This document shows, one piece after another, positions 8,292 through 15,916 of a stretch of 19,645 bases of DNA. Position 1 is the first letter of the stretch, and each line of letters starts with the position of its first letter. The translations under genes and the position numbers were made by a program. The stretch lies in NCBI GenBank assembly GCA_046754505.1, contig JBHHVX010000068.1, positions 1 through 19,645 on the forward strand, read 5' to 3'. The stretch comes from Phycisphaerae bacterium. GTDB lineage: Bacteria; Planctomycetota; Phycisphaerae; UBA1845; UTPLA1. The notes under the pieces are model-generated. The model saw only the letters and a list, made by a program, of their open reading frames with translations, made no database searches and was not told where the DNA came from.

Positions 8292-10199
8292 ATGGTCCCT
8301 GACGTCCTGCAATCCGCGATTGCCGATCCGCACTTCCTTATCGCCGACCTTCCAATGCCAAACCTCGCCCGCACGGACGGTCTTGCGATGGCGATCCTGG
8401 CCGGTGGTGTGATTGCGCAACTGCTCCACCGTCGGCTGCCGGCGGGCCTCGGCACGTCGCTGTTCGCAGCGGCGACGACCATCGGCATGGCCGGCACGGC
8501 ATTTCATCACAACTGGACCGACGCGCAGACCTCCGCCGAGTGGGCTTTCGTGGCGTCTCACATCGCCGCCGCCCTTTCCTTGATGTGGGCGCTGTTCGGT
8601 TGGGCAGCCTCTGAGCGCCGTGACGCGCGGCCGGCGGGCGAGACCGCGGCCTTGGCACCGACCCCGTCCGCCACGTTCTTCGCGTGGTCGCTCGTCAGCG
8701 GCATTCTCGCCGTCGTGCTCGTGATGTTTCCGCTCGCCCTCGGCTTCTGGCAACGTGTGGTCAATCCCCTGGCCCTCACTGAGCGGATGACCCCCAACGG
8801 ACTGTGGGACATCGCCGCTCTGCTTGCGGCGACCGGCGTGTGGGTCGTGACCGCCAGGCGCCCGCAGCAGCCCGTCATGCTCCTCGTTCTGTCGGCGCTC
8901 ATGGTCGGCTGGACCGCCCTCATGATCCCGGCCGGATTCGGGTTTGGAGAGCACGTTCCACCACTGGCGAGCGGTCCGCGGTTCATTCCGGTGTGGTGGA
9001 CGTGGACGCTGCAACTTCAGTGCGGGCTTGCAGGGTTGATCCTGGTCGCCGCCCTGCTCCAGGATGTGCCCTACCGGATTCGCATCGGCCGGGCGTGGCC
9101 CGACCACATCGAGGACTTCGTCGCGCCATACTCGTGCTGGGGCGCCTACGTTCAGACCGAATCGGTCCTGGCCGCGGTCATTCTCGTCCTCGGCGTATAC
9201 CAGATCGTTCGTCCGGGGCCGTGGGACTGGCAGCCGAAAGCAGCAGGCATCGTCGCTTCCGGGGTCGCCGGCGTGACCTGCCTGTTCTTGAGCTATCGAA
9301 GATGGAGCCCGAATACGGCCGAACTGGGCATCGCCCTGCTTACGTTGTCGGTTGTCGTGTTCTCGACGACCCTCACGGCCCTGCTCGCACTCGACGACGC
9401 GGGCGGGGAATACGTCGGGCGGCTGCCCCTGTTGTGCAACGGAGCGCTCTTCGGCCTCGCCGCCATGATCGCCCTGTGGCACTGGCTCGCCGGCTTCTGG
9501 AAACAACAGCTCGGCACCGACGGCGCCGCCTGGACCACTGCGGGCCGGATGATTCCGCCGGTTCGACGGGGCGCGTTTCTGATCACCGCGATGGCTGCGC
9601 TGATCGCCTTTCAAATGGCGCTGTGGCCCGAGCGCGTCCCCTCGGGATACGCAGACAACGCCCCCGGGCGCATCGCCGCCGGGCTCGCCGCCATTGTTCT
9701 GCTGGTGATCGTGACGGCGCGGATCGCGCGGACGACCGACTCCATCTCCTCGGCTGCGCTCAGCGTGGCGCTGATGGTCGCCGGCGTGCTGTTCGCCTTC
9801 GTTCGAATGCGAGCGTCGGCCGAACGCGGCTGGCTCCTGCAATATTCAGGGGTCGTCCTGGCCCTCGGCTGTCTTCCGATCCTGGCAGTCGCGGAGTGGA
9901 TCCCCGGCGGGCGGTGGCGGAGCTTCGCGCCACCCATGTGGTTTCTCGCATTGACGATTCTGCCCGCCTGCGCACTCTGGCACGTCCTGCCTTCGGACCG
10001 GCTGCCGTCCGCACTGGGTCCGTGGCTGCCGGCGGGGCGGATACCGGCGGAATGGGTCCGCCCGATGACGCTTGCGATCCTCGGGGCGGTGTACGGGCTG
10101 GCAGCGAACCGGGAGCACCGCCGGTCATTTCTGGTGCTGGCAGGGGTGCTGTTGCTCGGAGCGCTCGCCAGCTTCTATCGTGCGTACTGGGGCGGATGA
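8292..10199 (+). CDS. Large polytopic integral membrane protein of unknown function (~635 aa, at least 12-14 predicted TM helices, Trp-rich), probably co-transcribed with the upstream TolC-family gene
   Basis: Continuous hydrophobic helices separated by short Arg/Pro-rich loops. No Walker, RND, MFS or ABC signature is recognisable by eye. Starts 42 nt after the TolC stop (ATG at 8292; the ORF-track start at 8289 is a TTG). Confidence 0.7.
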   Translation: MVPDVLQSAIADPHFLIADLPMPNLARTDGLAMAILAGGVIAQLLHRRLPAGLGTSLFAAATTIGMAGTAFHHNWTDAQTSAEWAFVASHIAAALSLMWALFGWAASERRDARPAGETAALAPTPSATFFAWSLVSGILAVVLVMFPLALGFWQRVVNPLALTERMTPNGLWDIAALLAATGVWVVTARRPQQPVMLLVLSALMVGWTALMIPAGFGFGEHVPPLASGPRFIPVWWTWTLQLQCGLAGLILVAALLQDVPYRIRIGRAWPDHIEDFVAPYSCWGAYVQTESVLAAVILVLGVYQIVRPGPWDWQPKAAGIVASGVAGVTCLFLSYRRWSPNTAELGIALLTLSVVVFSTTLTALLALDDAGGEYVGRLPLLCNGALFGLAAMIALWHWLAGFWKQQLGTDGAAWTTAGRMIPPVRRGAFLITAMAALIAFQMALWPERVPSGYADNAPGRIAAGLAAIVLLVIVTARIARTTDSISSAALSVALMVAGVLFAFVRMRASAERGWLLQYSGVVLALGCLPILAVAEWIPGGRWRSFAPPMWFLALTILPACALWHVLPSDRLPSALGPWLPAGRIPAEWVRPMTLAILGAVYGLAANREHRRSFLVLAGVLLLGALASFYRAYWGG

Positions 10200-10427
10200 C
10201 ACCGGAGGCATTCTCGGATAACCTGATCGTACCTGGGGTCTCCCGCTCCGCGAGGGGCCTGTCCCTGCGCGAGACCGGAGGTCGTGCCGTGCCTCGGCCG
10301 GGCGCCGCCGCATGAGCCTCGACACTTATAAGACTAGCGTCTTGAAGACCGATCATGATCGTCGCTCGATGCCGAGGGTGGATTTCCGCCCGTTGTGACG
10401 CCGCGGGGAATGAGGAGCCGGACTGAA

Positions 10428-10877
10428 ATGCGTGCTGTTGTTCAGCGCGTGGGCGAAGCGTCGGTGACGGTCGGCAACGTGGAGGTCGGTCGAATCGATC
10501 GTGGACTGCTGGTGTATCTCGGCGTGGCCGCCGAGGATGGCCCCGAGGATGCGGATGCCCTCGCGGGAAAAATACGGTGTCTCCGAATATTTCCGGACGA
10601 CACAGGGCGGATGAACCTGGATATCAAGCAGGTAAAGGGTTCGGTTCTGGTCGTGAGCAATTTCACGCTCTGCGCCGACACGCGGCGGGGGCGTCGGCCA
10701 GCGTTCACCGGTGCGGCCGAGCCACGGGTGGCCGAGACGCTGGTCGCAAGGGTCTGCGAGCGGCTCCGAGATGGCGGTGTGGGGGTTCAAACGGGCCGGT
10801 TCGGGGAGAGCATGCTGGTGCGATCGACCAACGACGGCCCGATCAACCTGACATTGGATACGCGTGAGACGCGATGA
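10428..10877 (+). CDS. dtd: D-aminoacyl-tRNA deacylase
   Basis: MRAVVQRV...GLLVYLGV...LRIF...VVSNFTLCADTRRGRRPAFTGAAEP...NDGPINLT (SQFTL-like and GP motifs). The ATG at 10428 is preceded by GAGGAG at 10412-10417. The ORF-track start at 10395 is probably too early. Confidence 0.9.
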   Translation: MRAVVQRVGEASVTVGNVEVGRIDRGLLVYLGVAAEDGPEDADALAGKIRCLRIFPDDTGRMNLDIKQVKGSVLVVSNFTLCADTRRGRRPAFTGAAEPRVAETLVARVCERLRDGGVGVQTGRFGESMLVRSTNDGPINLTLDTRETR

Positions 10878-10929
10878 GACCTTGGAAAGGCCGTGAATTC
10901 CCGCAGGGCCGCCTGCAAGAAAAGGGGCA

Positions 10930-10957
10930 TGACAACGGCGGTGGACGCGATTATAAT
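10930..10957 (+). promoter_or_regulatory. Sigma70-like promoter candidate: tGACAa, 16-nt spacer, TATAAT, in the dtd-coaE intergenic region
   Basis: tgacaa at 10930-10935 and a perfect TATAAT at 10952-10957, read directly. Would give a ~140-nt structured leader before coaE. Confidence 0.4.
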
Positions 10958-11102
10958 CCCGTGCTGCGGCAGGCGGACCGGCGGTTTCTGACAAGCCGGT
11001 TGACCCGATCCGCCTCTTGGAACCGCCGAAATCCCTAGGATGTCATCTCCGCAGAAATCCGGCTGACATCGCGACGCCGGGAGGGGTTCCCGGGTCTGCT
11101 GA

Positions 11103-11801
11103 GTGCGTTCGGCCGAACGTAGGGGGAGGGGTCGGATTCGCGAATCAGGAGACGCGCTGACGGAGCAGCAAGAAGAGACAAGACGCAGAAGCAAGCCGAT
11201 TGTCGGCTTGGCGGGCGGCGTGGGTGCCGGCAAGAGCGCGGTGGCCGCCATCTTGGTGGACTTGGGCGCCGGTGTAGTGGACTCAGACGCCCTTGGCCGG
11301 GAGGAGATCAATGCGCCGGAGGTCAAAGCGGCGTTGTGCCGCTGGTGGACGCCGGCAATCCTCGACACCGATGGCGGCGTGGACCGGGCGAAGGTCGCAA
11401 CGATCGTCTTCGGCGACTCGGTGCAACGACGGCGGCTGGAGGCGCTGCTGCATCCGCGGATCGCGGCTCGGCGGGCCGAGTTGCTTTCCCGCATGAATGA
11501 CCAAAGCGACGTTAGAATGATCGTGCTGGATTCGCCCCTGTTGTACGAAACGGACCTTGATCTCGAGTGTGACGCCGTCATCTTCGTGGACGCCGACCGA
11601 GCGACCCGCCTGCAAAGGTCCGAGAAGTCCCGTCACTGGTCGAAGGAGCAATTCACGCGCAGGGAAAAATCACAGCAATCACTAGACATGAAGCGGGCCA
11701 GAGCCGATTATGTATGTGGCAACCATTCAACCCTGGCCGAACTCCGTGAAAGCGTGACAGCTATATTCGCACAGATCGTCTCGACGACGGTTGCCTTCTG
11801 A
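11103..11801 (+). CDS. coaE: Dephospho-CoA kinase
   Basis: P-loop IVGLAGGVGAGKSAV, then ...DSDALGRE... The first in-frame start after a TGA is GTG at 11103, giving a ~30-aa R/E-rich N-terminal extension. The true start is uncertain: no ATG lies between the stop and the P-loop. Confidence 0.8.
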   Translation: MRSAERRGRGRIRESGDALTEQQEETRRRSKPIVGLAGGVGAGKSAVAAILVDLGAGVVDSDALGREEINAPEVKAALCRWWTPAILDTDGGVDRAKVATIVFGDSVQRRRLEALLHPRIAARRAELLSRMNDQSDVRMIVLDSPLLYETDLDLECDAVIFVDADRATRLQRSEKSRHWSKEQFTRREKSQQSLDMKRARADYVCGNHSTLAELRESVTAIFAQIVSTTVAF

Positions 11802-11823
11802 AATCCTACTTCGGTATTCGGTG

Positions 11824-11865
11824 GACCGCACGCGCGCAAGACGCCGGCGGTCGTACCGTTTTGTT
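11824..11865 (+). terminator. Possible intrinsic terminator after coaE: imperfect GC hairpin (GACCGC...GCGGTC) followed by GTACCGTTTTGTT
   Basis: Stem ends at 11824-11829 / 11847-11852 with a partially paired interior; T-rich tract at 11859-11865. Confidence 0.3.
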
Positions 11866-11955
11866 ATCCCACGCCGCTCCCTCGTTCTGAAAATGGACAT
11901 CTGATCAACGAATCAACGCAACTGCACCTGCAATCACATGATGGAGGAATCTGCC

Positions 11956-13470
11956 ATGGGTAAGTCTCAAGGCTCTACCCGAACACGTACACGCAAAACC
12001 GCCAAGTCACAGGGTTCGTCCGGATCCAAGACCGCGTCCCACCCCGCCGCCAAGGCGGACACGACGGCCGTTGCCGTCGATGGCGACGAGCCGACGCAGC
12101 ACACCGCCGTCGTCGCGGCGCCGGCCAAAGAGGAGGCCGTCCAAAAATCGGATGAGGCCGTCGTCGGCACGCTCGACCGGGCGACACACGAGAAGTACGA
12201 GAAGATCAAGCGTGGCGAACTACACATCACCGTTCTGCAAAAGATGAGCATGGACGAACTGCATGCCATCGCCAAGCGGGAACGCGTGACCGACTACGCC
12301 CTGCTAAAGAAGCAGGACCTGATCTTCAAGATATTGAAGGAGCGGATCAACAAGGACGGGCTGATGTACGGCGAAGGCGTCCTCGAGATACTCCCGGACG
12401 GATTCGGTTTTCTGCGAAGCCCCGACTACAACTACATCCCCTGTCCGGACGACATCTATATCAGCCCGTCGCAGATCCGGCGTTTCGGACTGCGTTCCGG
12501 CCACATCATCCATGGCCAGATCCGTCCACCGAAGGAGTCGGAGAAGTATTTCGCCCTGCTGCGTGTCGAGGGTATCTGCTTCGAGGCGCCGGATGTCGTA
12601 ACGGAGAAGTCGGCATTCGAGGACCTCACGCCCCACCATCCCACGCGCCGAATCATCCTCGAAACGGTCCCCGAAGAAGTGAACATGCGCGTCATCGACC
12701 TGTGCACGCCAATCGGGTTCGGCCAGCGCATGCTCATCGTCGCTCCGCCGCGGACAGGCAAGACGGTTCTGCTCAAGAAGATGGCCAACGCGGTCTCGGC
12801 GAATCACCCCGACGCCTATGTCATCATCCTGCTGATCGACGAGCGACCGGAGGAAGTGACCGAGATGCAGCGTCACACCCAGGCCGAGGTCATTTCGTCG
12901 ACGTTTGATGAGCCGGCCAGCCGGCACGTCCAGATCGCTGAAATGGTGATCGAGAAGGCAAAACGTCTGGTCGAGTTCGGCCGCGACGTCGTGATCCTGC
13001 TCGATTCGATCACGCGCCTGGCACGGGCCTACAACACGGAGGTCCCCCACTCCGGCAAGATTCTGACCGGCGGTGTGGACGCCAACGCGTTGCAGAAGCC
13101 GAAACGATTCTTCGGGGCGGCCCGAAACATGGAGGAGGGCGGCAGCCTGACCATCATCGGCACGGCGTTGGTCGACACGGGCTCGAAGATGGACGAGGTC
13201 ATCTTTGAGGAGTTCAAGGGCACCGGCAACAGCGAGCTTCATCTCGACCGCCGTCTTGTTGACAAGCGTATCTGGCCGGCGATCGACATCGCCGCCTCGG
13301 GCACACGCAAGGAAGAATTGCTCTGCGATCCGAAGGAACTGGAACTGATCTACAAGCTCCGCCGGGTGCTGGTCGACATGAACCCGGTCGAAGCGATGGG
13401 CCTGATGATCACGAAACTCAAGAAGGTCAACTCAAACGCGGAATTCCTCATGACCATGAACCTGGCCTGA
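11956..13470 (+). CDS. rho: Transcription termination factor Rho with a ~90-aa basic/low-complexity N-terminal extension
   Basis: [15 protein letters not shown], the RNA-binding region, Walker A APPRTGKT, ...IDERPEEV..., C-terminal ...RKEELL. There are three in-frame ATGs (11938, 11941, 11956). GGAGGA at 11944-11949 lies 6 nt before the ATG at 11956, so that start is preferred. Confidence 0.9.
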   Translation: MGKSQGSTRTRTRKTAKSQGSSGSKTASHPAAKADTTAVAVDGDEPTQHTAVVAAPAKEEAVQKSDEAVVGTLDRATHEKYEKIKRGELHITVLQKMSMDELHAIAKRERVTDYALLKKQDLIFKILKERINKDGLMYGEGVLEILPDGFGFLRSPDYNYIPCPDDIYISPSQIRRFGLRSGHIIHGQIRPPKESEKYFALLRVEGICFEAPDVVTEKSAFEDLTPHHPTRRIILETVPEEVNMRVIDLCTPIGFGQRMLIVAPPRTGKTVLLKKMANAVSANHPDAYVIILLIDERPEEVTEMQRHTQAEVISSTFDEPASRHVQIAEMVIEKAKRLVEFGRDVVILLDSITRLARAYNTEVPHSGKILTGGVDANALQKPKRFFGAARNMEEGGSLTIIGTALVDTGSKMDEVIFEEFKGTGNSELHLDRRLVDKRIWPAIDIAASGTRKEELLCDPKELELIYKLRRVLVDMNPVEAMGLMITKLKKVNSNAEFLMTMNLA

Positions 13471-13559
13471 GTCGGGTGCGAGGACTGCGGGGCCGGCGCG
13501 CGGCTCCGCTGTGCCGCCATTCACGACACGCACCGCGGCGACTGCCGACCCGGCGAACG

Positions 13560-13763
13560 CTATCCGCCTCCCACCAACGTCACAATCTCCACCCGATCGC
13601 CCGCCCGAAGCTCGGTCGTCGGGTACTCCGGACGACGAACGAGCCGGCGGTTGACCTCGACCGCGAAGGGCGGGCGCGGGGATCGCTGCGCGATCAACGA
13701 CGCAACAGTCGCCGGTGCGTCGACCGTCTGGGGTTCTCCGTTGACATCGATCTGCATGCTCAT
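13560..13763 (-). CDS. thiS: ThiS/MoaD-family beta-grasp sulfur-carrier protein (67 aa, C-terminal ...VEIVTLVGGG)
   Basis: MSMQIDVNGEPQTVDAPATVASLIAQ...PFAVEVNRRLVRRPEYPTTELRAGDRVEIVTLVGGG, ending in Gly-Gly. Start trimmed to the ATG at 13761-13763. No thiF/thiG/moeB/moaE neighbour is present in the window. Confidence 0.7.
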   Translation of the reverse strand: MSMQIDVNGEPQTVDAPATVASLIAQRSPRPPFAVEVNRRLVRRPEYPTTELRAGDRVEIVTLVGGG

Positions 13764-13806
13764 GGGCCGTCCGCCTGAAAAGTCCTGACGCCGCGGGCCG
13801 CTGGTC

Positions 13807-13827
13807 GGGTGCCGGGTGCCGGGTGCC
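13807..13827. repeat. Heptanucleotide tandem repeat (GGGTGCC)x3, directly abutting the left arm of the 14-bp hairpin
   Basis: tcGGGTGCCGGGTGCCGGGTGCCact, read directly. Sits 44-64 nt upstream of the thiS start (thiS is on the minus strand). Confidence 0.8.
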
Positions 13828-13854
13828 ACTGGCGGCTTGCCCGCCAGTGGCACC
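13822..13854. other. Perfect 14-bp inverted repeat GGTGCCACTGGCGG-cttgc-CCGCCAGTGGCACC, between the small-membrane-protein stop (13908) and the thiS start (13763)
   Basis: Read directly. No adjacent U-tract on either strand. A TATAAT (minus-strand sense; plus-strand ATTATA at 13882-13887) lies about 30 nt upstream of it on the thiS strand. Confidence 0.6.
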
Positions 13855-13907
13855 AAGGACCGGCCTCGCCGCGACGCGCCAATTATAGCCGTCGACGCCC
13901 ACGAGCC

Positions 13908-14267
13908 TCAGTCCGGCCGCACGATCCGAAGGTAGCCGCGGTGGCAGATCGCCAGGAAGACGACCTCGATCACCCATCCCGCCAGTCCGTAGAACCAGCC
14001 GTTGGCCCAGATCAGCAGGATCGCCAGGGCGATCGCGATAAGGACAATCGCGGCCATGGCCTGCAATCGCTGGCCGGCCACGCCGGGGTCGTCCGCCGCC
14101 CGTTGTCGAAAGGCCCACAACACGCCAGCCGCCAGCGTGGCCGCAAGGGCGTAGGTGTACGGCAGCAACGTCACCACCGGCTCCTTGCCGGGCCAGTCGG
14201 TCGCAACGGTGACGACCGTGGTGACCAGCGCCCCCAGGGCCATCCACACCGACAGCAGTGCAAACAT
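13908..14267 (-). CDS. Small hypothetical integral membrane protein (~119 aa, 3-4 TM helices)
   Basis: C-terminal part of the ORF-track 13908..15044, trimmed to MFALLSVWMALGALVTTVVTV...LAILLIWANGWFYGLAGWVIEVVFLAICHRGYLRIVRPD. The upstream part of that ORF is antisense to the beta-helix gene and was discarded. No clear SD. Confidence 0.4.
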   Translation of the reverse strand: MFALLSVWMALGALVTTVVTVATDWPGKEPVVTLLPYTYALAATLAAGVLWAFRQRAADDPGVAGQRLQAMAAIVLIAIALAILLIWANGWFYGLAGWVIEVVFLAICHRGYLRIVRPD

Positions 14268-14585
14268 GCGACGATTCTGACAGGTAGCGTTCGCGCTGTC
14301 GATGGACGACGGCAGAACGAAGGCCGCCGCGTAGGGTCCGCGGCTCCTCACGCCAACTGAGGAGGGGAAACCCGCGTCCAAGTTCATGCGGCGGACCGCC
14401 TCATGCGTTCTTTTTGTGAGCAAACTGTCCAAGACCGGCTGCACAACACGGATGGACTGTGAGTCAGTGTTTGGCTCGTCCGTCAAACTCGCGGCGCTGC
14501 CGCGCGACATCCGCACGGTCGAGCCGATCGTTTTTTGTTCCGTGGTCCCCGGTGGGGCCGCATCACCCCAGATAGGAGGTTTCTC

Positions 14586-15521
14586 ATGCGCAAGAGTCTG
14601 ATGTATGTCACTGTACCGGTCTGTTTGTCGATCATCGCGGCGGGCGCGTGGTTTGTGCGGGCGGGCAGCCTGACCCCACCGCCCGGCCCGGTCGCCGGCA
14701 CCATGGTGACGCTCGACGACCTCATGGTCGCCGTCACGGCGATCGGCGGCGGCGGTGGCGGCGGCGATACGCGAACACCCATCACCGCGCTTCCATTCAC
14801 GATCTTGGCGCCCGGCTCGTACGTCGTGACCATGGATCTGGTGAGCGTCGGCACACCGGGGATCACCATCGTGGCCAGCGACGTCACCATCGATCTCAAC
14901 GGGTTCGAGATGACTGGCTTGCCGGCCGGTCCCGGCGAGGACGCCATTGTCCTCTTTCCGGGGTTCGACAACGTCACGGTCTTCAACGGCTCGATACACG
15001 ACTGGGGCGGCGACGGGTTGGACCTGGCGGGCGGCATGGGACATCGCGTCTACGACGTCACGGTCGAAAGCTGCGGCGAAAACGGCGTCCTTCTCGGTTC
15101 GAACAGCCGGCTCAGCGACTGCATCATCCGGCTCAACGCGGGCGATGGGATTGCGGCCGTGGACAATAACCGCATCGTGAACACGGTCGCGACGCTAAAC
15201 GGCGTCCCGGGCGGTCCGGGACTCGGCCTTGGGGACGGCATCTTCCTCGGCGGGATCAACAACACACTCGAAGGATGCGTCCTGGCGAGCAACTTCGACG
15301 ACGGCGTCGGGTCGGCTTTCGCAACCAACACGGCCCACGACTGCACGGCCGAAACCAATGGTGGCTCGGGTTTCTTTGGCGTCGCGCGGCTGACCGACTG
15401 CCTGGCGAATGTGAACGGCTCGGACGGCGTCTTTCTCACCAACGGCGTGGCCATCAACTGCGTCGCAAACGGCAACGGCCTCAACGGATTCGATGTCGCC
15501 TTTTCACACCTGTCGGACTAA
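14586..15521 (+). CDS. Secreted right-handed parallel beta-helix repeat protein (NosD / pectate-lyase-fold-like), N-terminal 311 codons, ending at an in-frame TAA
   Basis: AGGAGG at 14574-14579 before the ATG at 14586. Sec signal MRKSLMYVTVPVCLSIIAAGAWFVRAGS. Poly-Gly tract, then ITIVASDVTIDLNGFEMTG, followed by successive ~22-aa repeats of the NxxDG(I/V)xLxxxxNxIxN type. Confidence 0.75.
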   Translation: MRKSLMYVTVPVCLSIIAAGAWFVRAGSLTPPPGPVAGTMVTLDDLMVAVTAIGGGGGGGDTRTPITALPFTILAPGSYVVTMDLVSVGTPGITIVASDVTIDLNGFEMTGLPAGPGEDAIVLFPGFDNVTVFNGSIHDWGGDGLDLAGGMGHRVYDVTVESCGENGVLLGSNSRLSDCIIRLNAGDGIAAVDNNRIVNTVATLNGVPGGPGLGLGDGIFLGGINNTLEGCVLASNFDDGVGSAFATNTAHDCTAETNGGSGFFGVARLTDCLANVNGSDGVFLTNGVAINCVANGNGLNGFDVAFSHLSD

Positions 15522-15557
15522 GAGGGGCGGTTCAACCTTGATAACGGGATTCTCGCC

Positions 15558-15902
15558 TTGCAAAGCCGCATCCGTGACAGCAACGCGACGGACAACACGA
15601 GCGATGGGATCGAAGGCACCGACGGCAACTTCATTTCAGGCAACAACTCCAATGCCAACGGGGTCAACGGCATCCTGATCACCGGCGCGTCCAACACGGT
15701 CGAGAACAACCACTGCGTCGCGAACGGCATGCTCGGGATCGATACGACGCCGGCCGTCCTTGGACCCAATGCCATCTTCGCCAACCGTGGGACCGGAAAC
15801 CCATTGGGAGAGTATGCCTTTGATCCCGGCGACACGTACGGCCCGATCGTGTTTGGTCCCGGTCCGGTGGCCGGTGCGTACAACGACAACATCGCGTACT
15901 GA
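15558..15902 (+). CDS. Continuation of the beta-helix repeat array in the same reading frame after the TAA at 15519-15521. Could be a TTG-initiated ORF, or the 3' part of a disrupted/readthrough gene
   Basis: Same frame as 14586..15521; codons 15522-15557 (EGRFNLDNGILA) are open in that frame. The repeats continue: NATDNTSDGIEGTDGNFISGNNSNANGVNGILITGASNTVENNHCVANGMLGID. Confidence 0.5.
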   Translation: MQSRIRDSNATDNTSDGIEGTDGNFISGNNSNANGVNGILITGASNTVENNHCVANGMLGIDTTPAVLGPNAIFANRGTGNPLGEYAFDPGDTYGPIVFGPGPVAGAYNDNIAY

Positions 15903-15916
15903 AACGGAGGACACCG

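Noticed and set aside
7233-9842. 869-aa minus-strand ORF
   Set aside because: It is antisense to the TolC-family and polytopic-membrane genes. The translation is R/G/H/D/P-rich with no domains, whereas the plus-strand products have coherent TM and OEP repeat structure. Spurious.
10878-10930. dtd terminator candidate (GCAGG-gccg-CCTGC followed by AAGAAAAGGGG)
   Set aside because: Only a 5-bp stem, followed by an A-tract rather than a T-tract on the sense strand. Too weak to call, and dtd may simply read through into the coaE leader.
13764-13907. Possible TPP riboswitch upstream of thiS
   Set aside because: Neither strand contains the conserved CUGAGA and ACCUGAUCUGGAUAAUGCCAGCG cores. The hairpin here is a simple perfect inverted repeat, not the riboswitch junction architecture.
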